Shown: in pieces, positions 12,881 to 25,316 of the stretch
How positions within the stretch are numbered: the stretch's first letter is position 1
Layout: each line of letters starts with the position of its first letter
NCBI RefSeq assembly: GCF_006345805.1
Contig: NC_043022.1
Span: 21,824,001 to 21,888,000, forward strand
DNA length: 64,000 nucleotides
Direction: 5' to 3'
Source of the DNA: Octopus sinensis
Lineage: Eukaryota
The notes under the pieces: model-generated
What the model was told of the DNA's origin: nothing
What the model saw: the letters and a program-made list of their open reading frames with translations, nothing else
The model's database searches: none
Program-made: the position numbers and the translations under genes

Positions 12881-13290
12881 TCTTACTCTTTTACTCTTTT
12901 TACTTGTTTCAGTCATTTGACTGTGGCTATGCTGGAGCACCACCTTTTTAGTTGAGCAAATCGACCCCGGAACTTATTCTTTGTAAGCCCAGTACTTATT
13001 CTATTGGTCTCCTTGCTGAACCGCTAACTGACGGGGACGTAAACACACCAGCATCGGTTGTCAAGCAATGCTAGGGGAACAAACACAGAAACACAAACAT
13101 ACACACATATATATACATACATATATATGACAGGCTTCTTTCAGTTTCCGTCTACCAAATCCACTCACAAGGCTTTGGTCGGCCCGAAGCTATAGTAGAA
13201 GACACTTGCCCAAGATGCCATGCAGTGGGACTGAATCCGGAACCATGTGGTTGGTAAGCAAGCTACTTACCACACAGCCACTCCTGCGCC
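12879..13290 (-). mobile_element. SINE family A, full length
   Basis: From (tactcttt)n tail to ctcctgcgcc head. Confidence 0.88.
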
Positions 13291-13420
13291 TATTCATACT
13301 GCGAATGTTCATACTGCATTATAAATATTGAGTGAATGGATCTCATTTACTTAATGCATTTAATACAATATCATTTATGTAGTTAGTGCATTAAATTATT
13401 TTTAAACCTTATGTTTTCAG

Positions 13421-13582
13421 ATCTGAAATGCACGAAACGTCTATTCGTTTACGGTTTGGCTTAATCTTAGAGCCTACTGTCGGGGATGCGGTGCATTTCT
13501 GAAAAACCTTTTGAAACAGTTGGAAGCTCTAGACAAGCTAGCAAAGCTTTCTGATAAGTTAAAATCAGAATTCATGCGAGAG
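13421..13582 (+). CDS. PIK3CA: PI3K exon (SEMH...RFGLILE / AYCRGCG...) with a 1-nt deletion at about 13472
   Basis: cag/gtaagc; homology holds on both sides only if one base is restored in ttagagcctactgt; 162 nt where flanking phases need 163. Confidence 0.9.
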
Positions 13583-13744
13583 GTAAGCATTTTCGGTTAA
13601 AACAGCATCCTACCAAAATTTATGTTTTTGTTCCTTTCTCTTTTCTGTTTTTTTTTTCTTTTTTCTGTCTTTTTCAATGTTTAACTTTTTAATTTTTTAC
13701 TTGTTTCAGTCATTACACTGCAATCGCATTGGGGCACAGCCTTA

Positions 13745-14378
13745 ACCCTTTAGTGTTTAAACCGGCCATATCAGGCCAAAATTGTCTTCCTGTTTTATCC
13801 TCAAACTAGCCAGCTCTAACCTCTCACACATACCCTACAAAGTCATTCTAAAAATAAACAGGGACATCATCAAAATCTCAGAGTTACAAGATGCTGTACA
13901 ACTAATTTAAAACAATGTAATTAAAAGGCTTTACATTTGACAGAGTAATCTGAATGCTAAAGGGTTAACCCTTTAACATTCAAACTGGCCATATCCAGCC
14001 CCAGTATTCTAGCTGCTCAGAGACACGAACTTTGGATGACAACAGATATAGCTCTGTTATTACCTCCAGTAAAGATTCCAATTGGGAAGGGTGTTGAGCA
14101 AGGAGATAGCATCTCTCCAAAGCTCTTTACTGCATGTCTTGAAATAGAAATCAGAGGCATTGACTGGACGAGTGGTGTGAACATCAATGGCAAGCAAATA
14201 GCTAGAATACTGGGGCTGGATATGGTGAAACTACTCACACTGGCCCTGCAATGTTATTTTAAAAGTAAACAAGCACATCATTGAAATCCCAAAGCTATGA
14301 GATAACACACGATTACTTCAAAACAATGTGAACGAATAAACATTACATTTAACTGAGTAATCTGACTGCTAAAGGGTT
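13745..14378. mobile_element. Two tandem piggyBac-like MITEs; the second carries an RTE RT fragment (about 14017-14200)
   Basis: Shared TTAA at 13964-13967; insert translates IPIGKGVEQGDSISPKLFTACLE. Confidence 0.7.
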
Positions 14379-14782
14379 CTTTTTACTCTTTTACTTGTTT
14401 CAGTCATTTGACTGGGGCCATGCTGGAGCACCACATTTAGTCGAGCAAATCTACCCCAGGACTTATTCTTTGTAAGCCTAGTACTTATTTTATTGGTCTC
14501 TTTTGCCGAACTGTTAAGTGACGGGGACATAAACACACCAGCATCGGTTGTCAAGCGATGTTGGGGGGACAAACACAGACACACAAACACACACACACAT
14601 ACATATGCATATACATATATACGATGGGCTTCTTTCAGTTTCCGTCTACCAAATCCACTCACAAGGCTTTGGTCGGCCCGAGGCTATAGTAGAAGACACT
14701 TGCCCAAGGTACCACGCAGTGGGAATGAACCTGGAACTATGTGGTTGGTAAGCAAGCTAGTTACCGCACAGCCACTCCTGCG
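14379..14782 (-). mobile_element. SINE family A, full length
   Basis: Same consensus as 12879-13290. Confidence 0.88.
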
Positions 14783-14824
14783 CATGAGGAGAGTATCAGT
14801 GAAATTTATCCTACAGGTGCTGGT

Positions 14825-15230
14825 GGAACAGCAGAAGCAGGAGGCGCAATGGCCCAGTGGTTAGGGCAGTGGACTCGCGGTTGGAGGATCACGGTTTCGA
14901 CTCCCAGATCGGGCGTTGTGTGTGTTTATTGAGCGAAAATACCTAAAGCTCCACGAGACTCCAGCAGGGGGTGGTGGCGACCCCTGTTGTACTCTTTCGC
15001 TCCAACTTTCTCTCACTCTCTCTTCCTGTTTCTTGTCCCTGACTTCCTACGCAACCGCTGAGCCTGGATGTGCATTTATCCATCCGCCGATGCTCTCGGT
15101 GTCGGGGGTTGACCTGCTTTCTCTTCTGCGGGTCTTACAAATAGAAAGGACCATGTTTCGGACTTCTCCCACTACAGACTAGGACGAAGACCGCTTCGCT
15201 CAACAAACAAACAAGCAAGCAAACAGCAGA
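14825..15230 (+). mobile_element. tRNA-derived SINE family C head with tail type A
   Basis: ggaggcgcaatggcccagtggttagggcagtggactcgcgg...ggtttcgactccc head; ends in (caaa)n. Confidence 0.75.
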
Positions 15231-15239
15231 AGCAACTCC

Positions 15240-15552
15240 GTGTGGAAATCATTCAGGATATTCTGGACTGTGCAAACCACAACCCAGACTTCATGAAGAT
15301 CATCATCTCTGGTGATGAGACATGGGTTTATGGTCTCTGCTCGATGTGTTCAGTCATCTTACATGAAAACAAAAATTCTACGTATGCACACTACAATATC
15401 TGCATTCTAGGCATAACAGGTGGGAACTGACATTGCCTACCAGCATGAAAATTTTCACACATGCGTAGGAAGGTTGGTGTCACTTCCCACCCAAAGTATT
15501 ATTTTTATGCAGTGTTAGTCTTGGCTAGTAAAAATAGTCAGATAACTTTTGA
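15240..15552 (+). mobile_element. mariner transposase relic and right TIR
   Basis: FMKIIISGDETWVYG motif; aacttttgaacacacctc terminus. Confidence 0.65.
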
Positions 15553-16131
15553 ACACACCTCCGGTCTGGAACCCCTATCTTGCCCAGGATATTAATCGTC
15601 TGGAAGCCGTTCAGCGACGTGCAACCAAGAGAATACCCTCCATCAGGCATTTGCCATATTCTGAACGCCTTACTTCCCTGGGCATAGACACATTGAAACT
15701 CCAATGTCTGGCAGCTGACTTGGCAGACACCCTTAAAATGATTAACCATCTTACAAACAATAATTCTGAGCACCTTTTCAAACTCCCCCTGTCTAACACC
15801 CGTGGACATGTTTACAAAGTCAGAAAACAGCACAGCTCCCATGACTTTCAGAAACATTTTTTCGCGCTAAGAGTTGCTGAAGCATGGAACAGACTGCTGG
15901 CATCAGTTGTTAGTTGTCGGAGCACTGCATCCTTCAAAACTTCCATGCTTCCTGACATTCGCCAACACTACACCTGATTTTCTCCCCTCCATACACACGT
16001 GAATATGTATCTGACTCATACACTGTTCACTTTCCAGACATTTGTACATTACTGCATATGCTTTATATGCACTTTTTGACAAGTTGTGGTGCACCTGAGC
16101 ACTGTATACAATAATTTCATTATTATTATTA
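15553..16131 (+). mobile_element. CR1 3' fragment with (ATT)n tail
   Basis: WNPYLAQDINRLEAVQRRATK; same family as 7972-9375. Confidence 0.88.
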
Positions 16132-16141
16132 TTTACATGGA

Positions 16142-16382
16142 TTTAGCAAACTATTTCAAGGCGGCTAGCTGGCAGAAACGTTAGCACGCTGGGCGAAATG
16201 CTTAGTGGTATTTCGTCTGCGTTACGTTGTGAGTTCAAATTCCGCCAAGGTCGACTTTGCCTTTCATCCTTTCAGGGTCGATAAATTAAGTACCGGTTAC
16301 GCACTGGTGTCGATGTAATCGACTTAGTATGTCTGTCCTTGTTTGTCCCCTCTGTGTTTAGCCCCTTGTGGGTAATAAATAA
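16142..16382 (+). mobile_element. tRNA-derived SINE family B monomer
   Basis: ggcggctagctggcagaaacgttag...gagttcaaattcc...ctttcatcctttcagggtcgataaattaagtacc. Confidence 0.8.
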
Positions 16383-16512
16383 AGATATAGCTGATCGATT
16401 AGATAAACATTCATGGTTTTTAAACCTGGTGAAGGATAGGCTGACTATGTTACTATTTGTTTTTCCTTAGACATCCATGTTGCTGTGAATTTCTTGTATT
16501 ATTTCATTTCAG

Positions 16513-16622
16513 GATGAACAGAAACGATTTCTCACAGACCAGCTTTCCCAAGCTGACTACTTGGAAGCCCTACAGCGTTTTACATCCCCTCTAAACAGCA
16601 GTCACATGTTAGGTGACATCCT
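16513..16622 (+). CDS. PIK3CA: PI3K exon (DEQKRFLTDQLSQADYLEALQRFTSPLNSSHMLGDI)
   Basis: cag/gtaagt; homologous to DALQGFLSPLNPAHQLG. Confidence 0.93.
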
Positions 16623-17497
16623 GTAAGTACCACAGCTCTCCTACAATTACAACAATCTTTGTCTCTGGAAATTTTCTGTCTTTATTATCATGTGTGTGCA
16701 ATCATCATCACTTTAAGTTTGTTTTCCATACTGGCATGAGTAAGACAGTTTGAAAAGCTTTAACAACAGGTTGGAGGGCCATATTCTGTCACAGGAAATT
16801 TTTTTTTTTTTTTCTATGGTTTCGCCAACTATTTTACAGAGTGCATTGGGTACATTTTTCATGGCCCCAGTTGTTAGAGCAAGGCTAAAGAGCCCTCTCA
16901 AAATCAGGCATTGTTTCTGCTTGAACCAAAATACCAATCACTTCCAGAGCATAAAAACAATGTGAATAAGCAAACATTATATTTGACAGAGTAAAGACAG
17001 CAAGCTGGTAGAATCATTATCTGGCTGGGTATTTTGTCCATCTTTACGTTCTGAATTCAAATTCCACCATGGTTGACTTAGCCTTTTATCCTTCCATGGG
17101 TTGATAAAATAAACAACAGTCTATCACTGGGGTCAATGTAATTTACTTGCCCCTACCTCCAAAATTGCTGGCTTTGTGCCAAAATTTGAAATCATATTTG
17201 ACAGAGTAATCTGAATACTGAAGAGTAAAGAGAAAATTTGAGGACAAAGGAGGGGCTGCCTTCTCGTATGCTTAACAAAAGGGTGAGGCTGGCAAGATTG
17301 GTGAGGTTAAATAAACCTAGCCTGAACATGCTTTTCTAAATAGGAGGAAATAAACAAAGAGAAGGCACTTTTGATGATTTGGTAAAGTAATCCAACCCTT
17401 TGTGAATTTTCCTCAAATTATTCTTGGTGGCATTTCATTGGTTTTGGGGAATTTTCTTTGTTAAATATTTATTCTAGTATCTATGCCATGTGCCCAT

Positions 17498-17568
17498 GGG
17501 CATATGGCCTAGTGGTTAAGAGCGTGGGCTACTAACTCCAAGATTCCAAGTTCAATTCCAGGCAGTGG

Positions 17569-17654
<86 letters not shown>

Positions 17655-17827
17655 ACGTCTAAAAATACGTTAGGAATGAGAACCCAGGTTTGAAATTTTC
17701 CTAAGACATCTGATGAAGGCTGGAGGTTGTATCATCTGAAACGTGTTAACAACAAACAAAATGAGGACAAATATCCGTCAAATGTAAATAATGTACATAA
17801 TTCCTCATCTCTTAAATATAGAACTGT
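17498..17827 (+). mobile_element. tRNA-headed SINE with (AAT)n(AGT)n linker and Penelope-like hammerhead tail
   Basis: A box 17505-17515, B box 17550-17559, CTGATGA 17710-17716, GAAAC 17738-17742. Confidence 0.65.
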
Positions 17828-18021
17828 CTTTTATTTTTGTTGACCTCTTTGTATTCAATGTAAACTCTACCTTTTGTGTTGTGTGTTTATAATTTCATCC
17901 TTGTACTGCCCTCAATGTCTTGGTCCTTGTGGACAGTAAAATAACAAATTGCTGCTGCTGTTGTTGTTGTTGTTGTTATTTGATTTTTTTTTCACTAAGT
18001 CTGGTTTGTTTTTCTCTGCAG

Positions 18022-18143
18022 TGTTCGGCAATGCTACTTGAAGACATCAAAAAAACGTCCACTTTGGCTTGTATGGCAGAATCCAGATCCACTTGCAGAT
18101 TACTGGCTTTCATATTACAAGTTGATTTTCAAAAATGGAGATG
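18022..18143 (+). CDS. PIK3CA: PI3K exon, kinase N-lobe with P-loop and catalytic Lys (SKKRPLW...LIFKNGD)
   Basis: cag/gtcagt; 122 nt; KRPLW and IFKNGD motifs. Confidence 0.96.
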
Positions 18144-18265
18144 GTCAGTCTGTAAACTAACCTTAAACCTATTGATTCTGCTTTTGATTCTGAATAAGAA
18201 CTGGCATAGGGTAGAGAGAACTTTTTGGTCCTGCATGCATGAGAAACCTCTCTTGTACTGCTGAT

Positions 18266-18600
18266 GAAGGCGCATGGCTCAGTGGTTAGAGCATCAAGCT
18301 TACAATCGTGAGGTTGTGAGCTTGAATCCCGGACCGGGCTGCATGTTGTGTTCTTGAGCAAGACACTTTATTTCACGTTGCTCCAGTTCACTCAGCTGTA
18401 GAAATGAGTTGCGACGTCACTGGTGCCAAGCTGTATCGACCTTTGTCTTTCCCTTGGATAACACTGGTGGCATGGAGAGGCCGGTATGCATGGGCTACTG
18501 CTGGTCTTCCATAAACAACCTTGCCCGGACTTGTGTCTAGGATGATAACTTTCTAGGTGCAATCCCATGGTCATTCATGACCAAAGGGGGTCTTTACTGC
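18266..18600 (+). mobile_element. tRNA-derived SINE family D
   Basis: ggcgcatggctcagtggttagagc head; gttcttgagcaagacacttt...cactcagctgtagaaatgagt central domain. Confidence 0.75.
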
Positions 18601-19851
18601 TGATGTAACAAAATGCATCCAATACACATCTAGTAGTAGAAAAGATTATGAAATCTTGTTCCTATGCCCCATAGGAACAAGATTTCATGTTGTACTGCAA
18701 CATACAGATGATGTGTATGTTGCAATGCTGTAATTCTGAGGAAGAACTATATCAGACTCTGATAACCTATCCGCTTCATGCCAGCATTGAAACAACACAC
18801 ATAGAGATAATAAGGACTATTTCAGTTGATTTGATATATGAGCAGGTGCTGAAATATTCCTGAGTTTGGGTAAAAGAAAATACAGGAGGGTCAGTTAATT
18901 CAAGGATAATTCTTGTCAAAAATTTATTCCAAATGATGAAAGCTTCACTTTTATTTTGACCTCTAGAGTCTTAAAATTTGATGTTGCCTTTTGGGAACAT
19001 CAAGAGGAAATGGGTTAAAATATGTTTCCATAGCTTAACCCTTTAGAATTTAAATTGGCTTTATCTGGCAAAAACATTCTATCCATTTTATCTTCAAACT
19101 GGCTAGATCTGGCCTCTCACACCTACTTTGCAATGTCATTCCGAAAATAAACAGTCACATCATTGAAATCTCAAAGCTGCAAGATAATGCATGACTAATT
19201 CAAAACAATGTCAATAAATAAGCAATACATTTGACAAAGAAATCTGAATGCTAAAGAGTTAGACTGAAATTTTAAGATCTGAAAAAAAAAAATGTAATTT
19301 TAACAACTTATGTCGTAGAATTAGATGTTTACTTGGCAGTGAGCTTCTAATTTCTTTCATCATCATCAACATCATCATCATCGTTTAGCATCCGCTTTCC
19401 ATGCTGGCATGGGTTGGATGGTTCAACTGGGATCTGGGAAGCCAGAAGGCTGCACCAGGCCCAGTCTGATCTGGCAATGTTTCTACGGCTGGATGCCCTT
19501 CCTAACGCCAACCACTTCATGAGTGTAGTGGGTGCTTTTTACGTGCCACTGGCACAGGTGCCAGACGAGGCTGGCAAACAGCCACGATTGGATGGTGCTT
19601 TTTACGTGCCACCAGCATGCAAACAAATGTAGCAATGTCAGAATAGTTCAGCTTGAGTTACAAACTTTTTCAAGTTGGGTTTTTACAACTAGGGAACTCT
19701 TTAGAAAACATACTCTCTGAAGAAGCATTTTGGAGATGTAAGCTTTGCTTACACACAAATCTGCTTCCTGTTTTTATAGACTGTTTTGCCACTTTTATCT
19801 CCGACCTCTGTCAAATTTTTAAATGTTTTTGTATTTTAATTTTTCTGTTAG

Positions 19852-19930
19852 ATTTGAGACAAGACATGCTCACTCTTCAGGTGATAAGAATTATGGATTC
19901 CATCTGGAAAAATGAAGGCATAGATTTAAG
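19852..19930 (+). CDS. PIK3CA: PI3K exon ([27 protein letters not shown])
   Basis: tag/gtaatg; 79 nt; DLRQD motif. Confidence 0.97.
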
Positions 19931-20261
19931 GTAATGTTTTTTCTTATACTTTCACTTTCACCTATGTATATATGTGTGCGCACACGCACACAAACACACA
20001 CACATTTTCTACCTTTCTATTTGTCTCAGTCATTAGGTAGTGACCATGCTGGGACCCTGCCTTCAAGAATTTGTAGTTGAAGGAATCAACCCCAGTACTT
20101 TCCTTTTTTTATGCCTAGTACTTATTCTATCGGTCTCTTTTACTGACCTGCTAAGCTACAGGGTGTAAACACACAAATGTTAGTTGTTAAGCATTGGTGG
20201 GGGACAAACATACCTACATTTATATGTATCTATCTATCTACCTATCTATATATCTCTCTCT

Positions 20262-20307
<46 letters not shown>

Positions 20308-20706
20308 CACACTTCTTTCAGTTTCCATCTGCCAAATTCATCCACAAGGCTCTGGTCAGCCTGAAGCTGTAGTTGAAGACACTTGCTCAAGGTGCCATGT
20401 AGCGAGCCTGAACTTGGAACCACGTGGTTAGGAAGCAAGCTTTTTACCACACTGCCATACTGATATATAATATGTACTCTCACACACACACACACACTCA
20501 CTTGTTTCAGTCATTAAACAGCAGCTATGCTGGGGTAGCATTTAGAAGAATTTTAGTTGAACAAATCAGCCCCAATACTATTTTATTCTTTAAACCAGGT
20601 ACTTATTCCGTTGGTCCCTTTTGCCAAACTGCTAAGTTCCAGGGACACCAGTTGTCAAGTGGTGGTGGAGGACAAACAGACACAAAGATACATGTGCATA
20701 TATATG

Positions 20707-20926
20707 CAGTAATCCCTCACCATATCGGGGTTTACCTATCACGGTTTATTACTTAAGCTTACATTGATTCCTCTGTGGTGTTGTTTTGCATTTATGATAA
20801 AATAAATATATACAAATTATAAAAATAATTTTAAAAAATATACAGTACCGTTTCTACTTTATGGATTTTTACCTATCATGGGGGTTTTAGAACATAACAC
20901 CTGCGATGATAGTCGAGGGATTACTA
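20707..20926. mobile_element. Tc1/mariner-type (pogo/Tigger-like) MITE in TA context
   Basis: TIR cagtaatccctc / gagggattact. Confidence 0.65.
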
Positions 20927-22006
20927 CATATATATATATATATAAATGTCACCCTTTTCAAGCCTTGCCAGGCTCATGGGCCCAGTTTCTGTGGTGTATG
21001 TGTTCCCCCAAGCTGGATGGGACGCCAGTCCATCGCAGCATTACTCAAGAAACAGGAAGACAGAGTGAGAGAAAGTTGTGGCAAACGAGTACAACACACA
21101 CACAAATAAATTAAAACAAATTTGTATATACACAAGTAACGGATTTTTTTAAATACATTACAATGTACAAGTGTGTCATGACCATTAAGTATAGAGTTTA
21201 TTCCTAAAGTATTCACATTTGTTCAACATGCTGAAATGATAGTGTGTGCATTCAGTTATTTGATAATGTATACCTATAGATCACTGTTGACTTGTCTCAA
21301 GCACTCTGTCCCTTTTACATCTGAATTTAATGCTGAGTCTACCAAAAATATATCAACACATTGGAATATAGTTCCTTTTTCTATCAGTTCTGAGCCTAAC
21401 GAAATGTTCAATTAACTATAAATTGATTGTACATGAAAACAATTGTAGGTTCTATGAGTTTGATAGTGTTCCTTCCCTTTAAAAATTTCTGGCCTGATTC
21501 CTGTGTTAGAAAATTTAAGGTTCTAGACTGGTAGAATCCAAAGTGTCCAACTAAATGCTTTGCAGTATTCAGTTATGGCACTTTCTGATCCTGCCAAGAT
21601 CAACTTTCATCCTTCAGGGGTCGTTAAAATAAACTACGTGTCAAAAACTGTTTTGTTTGATGTTGCCAAGTGCCCACCCCCTCTTACTTTCCAGGCCTGT
21701 GCCTAATTTAGAAATTAGTACTGCTACTTCTGAAATTATGAGTTTACTAACCATGTTGATTGAAATGATTGGAGCTACTCATCGTCAAAACATCCATTGT
21801 CCGTGCTGGCATAGGTTGGATGGATTGACCAGGGTCGGCATGGTTTCTACAGTTGGATGCCCTTCCTAATGCCAACCACCCTGAGAGTGTAGTGGGTGCT
21901 TTTACATGCTAGCAGCACATGCTACCAATTGTGTGACACCAGTATCTGCCATAACTACAATGGAGGATCTAATTTCTGTGTTTAATGATTATTTTCTGTC
22001 CTATAG

Positions 22007-22177
22007 GATGATACCATATGGTTGTTTGTCGACCGGTAAAGAGATGGGACTCATAGAGGTAGTTCCAGCAGCTACTACTGTGATGGCTATTCAGCACCGT
22101 GGAGGCAAGACCGCAGCAATGCAGTTGGACAGCTCTCAGCTGCATAAATGGATCAAAGAGCGCAACCAGAAAGAACA
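22007..22177 (+). CDS. PIK3CA: PI3K exon, hinge region (MIPYGCLSTGKEMGLIEVV...)
   Basis: tag/gtaagt; 171 nt; PYGCL and GLIEVV motifs. Confidence 0.96.
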
Positions 22178-22225
22178 GTAAGTGCATGTGTTATTTATTT
22201 CTTTATCAATATATGGATTATTAAT

Positions 22226-22639
22226 ACTCTCTTTTTACTCTTTTACTTGTTTCAGTCATTTGACTGCGGCTATGCTGGAGCACCGCCTTTTAATCAAGCA
22301 ACTCGACCCCTGGGACTTATTCTTTTGTAAGCCCGGTACTTATTGTATCGGTCTCTTTTGCCGAACCGCTAAGTAACGGGGGACATAAACACACCAGCAT
22401 CGGTTGTCAAGCAATGCTAGGGGGACAAACACAGACACTCAAACACACACACGCATATATATATATATATACATATATACAACGGGCTTCTTTTCAGTTT
22501 CCGTCTACCAAATCCACTCACAAGGCTTTGGTCGGCCCGAGGCTATAGTAGAAGACACTTGCCCAAGGTGTCACGCAGTGGGACTGAACCCGGAACCATG
22601 TGGTTGGTAAACAAGCTACTTACCACACAGCCGCTCCTG
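22226..22639 (-). mobile_element. SINE family A, full length
   Basis: Same consensus. Confidence 0.88.
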
Positions 22640-23510
22640 TTATTATTTAACATCCGTTGTCCGTGCTGGCATAGGTTGGATGGATTGACCAGGGTTGGCA
22701 TGGTTTCAACAGCTGGATGCCCTTCCTAATGCCAACCACTCCGAGAGTGTAGTGGGTGCTTTTACGTGCAACCAGCATGGGTGCCAATTGTGTGACACCA
22801 GTATCTGCCTGCTCAGTGGGTGTTCTTCTCAAGCGTGACATAATGCTAAAGGTCTCGGTCATTTGTCATTGACTCTGTGAGCCCCAACACTCGAAAGGTG
22901 CTTTTCACATGCCACCAGTATTGGTCACTTTGTTTCCGTGAGGCCCAACGCTCAAAAGGTGCCTTTTACATGCCACTGCATGGGTGCTAGTTACATGACA
23001 CCAGCATCGGCCATAAATATGATTTCACTTGGCTTCATGGGTCTTCTCAAGCACAGCATATTGCCAAAAGTCTCGATCGCTTGTCATTGCCTCTGTGAAG
23101 CCCAAAGTTTGTCCCATGTCTTCCTGGGTCTATCTCTTCCACAGGTTCTCTCCAGTTAGAGATCAGCACTTCTTTACACAGCTCTCCTCATCCATACACA
23201 TCACATGACCATACCAGTGCAATTGTCTCTCTTGCACACCACATCTTGTGCCTCTTTTCTCTCAAGATGCTTACACTCTGTCAAACATGCATGCTGACAT
23301 TGCACATCCAGTGAAGCATACTGGCTTCATTTCTTTCAAGCCTATGCATGTCCTCAGCTATCACAGCTCATGTTTCACTGCCATGTGGCATAGCTGTTTG
23401 CACACAGGCATCATATAATCTACCTTTCACTCTGAGGGAGAGGCTCTTAGTTGCCACCAGAGCTAGGAGCTCTCTGAACTTTGCCCATCCCATTCTTATT
23501 CTTACAATAC
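22640..23510 (-). mobile_element. RTE LINE fragment: RT C-terminus continuous with the GATGCCC 3'UTR
   Basis: Reverse reads ...AMPHGSET.AVIAEDMHRLERNE...HWYGHVMCMDEESCVKKC..., then the family 3'UTR. Confidence 0.75.
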
Positions 23511-24874
23511 AATTATTATACAGTTATTATTAATATATCTAAGTACCAGTCGACTAGTGGTTGGTTCTTTAATATAGTTTGAGTGTTACACTTTACCCAA
23601 CCCTAAGTGATGAAATCAGAGGAATAATTGAAATCTATTGTATGACAAAATAAAAATACAGTTATTATTAATATAGTTAAGTATCAGTCAAGTAGTGATT
23701 GGTGGTTCTTTAATATAATGGAGTTTGAGTGTTACACGACTCTAAGTGATGAAATCAGAGACATAACTGTAATCTGTTATATGACAAAATAAAATTCCAG
23801 TGTTATGCTTTTAATAACCTTAACTATGGAAAGAAATCAGACATTATAGAAATTTTTAACCTACTAAAACCAGTTTTAGTGTTATAATTTAGTGTTTTAA
23901 ATATGGAACAAAGAGAAGACATAATTGAAATATTTAATTCTTTCATTACAATATTTCTAACCAAAATTCAACCTTTAGATGTTTCAATTAAATTCAAAAA
24001 ATAATCATAAATTTAGACTAGTTTCATAAAACAACTCTAACTTATTTGTTTATGAGCATATTAATGTGATTTTTTGGAACACAGTTTAACAAATGGTTCT
24101 TAACCAAATTTATTTCATAATTTTTGTCTCAAAGCGAATCTAATTATAGATAATTAAAGGTAAATTCAGTAAAATACATTATTTAAATTTTGTTTACAAT
24201 CAGCATAGAAAATTAGTTAATTGCTAATATTCAATGAGTGTACAGCAAAATTTTAATAGAGAAGAATTGTGCAAATTACTGAATTATTTAACAGTTAGAC
24301 TTAATGCAGATAAGACAGGTGTACCACAAAGGTAAAACAGAATGTGATATTGGGATTTGTCTTTGAGAAAAATTAGGAAATGAAATATACACCATCAACT
24401 AAATGAAGTAAGCTCACGTACATACATAAATACACAGAAACACATATAATAATGAATCGCAATCTAAATTCATCAAAATTTGTCACACATATTACTGGTA
24501 AATCAAAATTAAATAAATAAAAACGAGGTAAATTTGAAGAAAAATATTTACAAATCAAATTTATATATATATATATATATATAAATTAGAAAAAAAACAC
24601 CTTTTATCAATTCAACAATGAAAAAATTAAATTATACCATTTAGAAAACATTACATCTTATTGGCTGTGTGGTTAGGGAGCTTGCTTCCTAGCTACATGG
24701 TTTCGGGTTCAGTCCCACTGCGTGGCACTTTGGGTAGGTGTCTTCCACTATAGCCCCGAGCCGACCGAAGCTTTGTGATTGAATTCGGCAGGCGGAAGTT
24801 ACTGCCGTGTGTGTATATGTGCGTGTAGGTGCTTGTGCCTCTCCCAAAGAGAGAGAGAAAACGTATATATTTGG

Positions 24875-24916
<42 letters not shown>

Positions 24917-25104
24917 TAAATATATGTGCACAATAGAACCAAGGAACATTTATTTTTAAATTGGGGCTTATAATATACTTATCCACTAGGCCACTGTCAT
25001 TTTATCTGTAAAGATTCCTGTTTCAAATCCAGTTTGGTACTCTATTCACATCCAAGAATAAAACATATGATGACAAAGTACAAATTAATTGAAATGTTGA
25101 GTAA

Positions 25105-25308
<204 letters not shown>

Positions 25309-25316
25309 TAGTTTAA

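Noticed and set aside
17498-17570. tRNA-like sequences here and at 14825, 18266 and 25347 as tRNA genes
   Set aside because: No complete acceptor stem; they continue into SINE bodies
23520-23800. About 140-bp tandem duplication with TGATGA, possible intronic C/D snoRNAs
   Set aside because: No CTGA D box or terminal stem at a suitable distance
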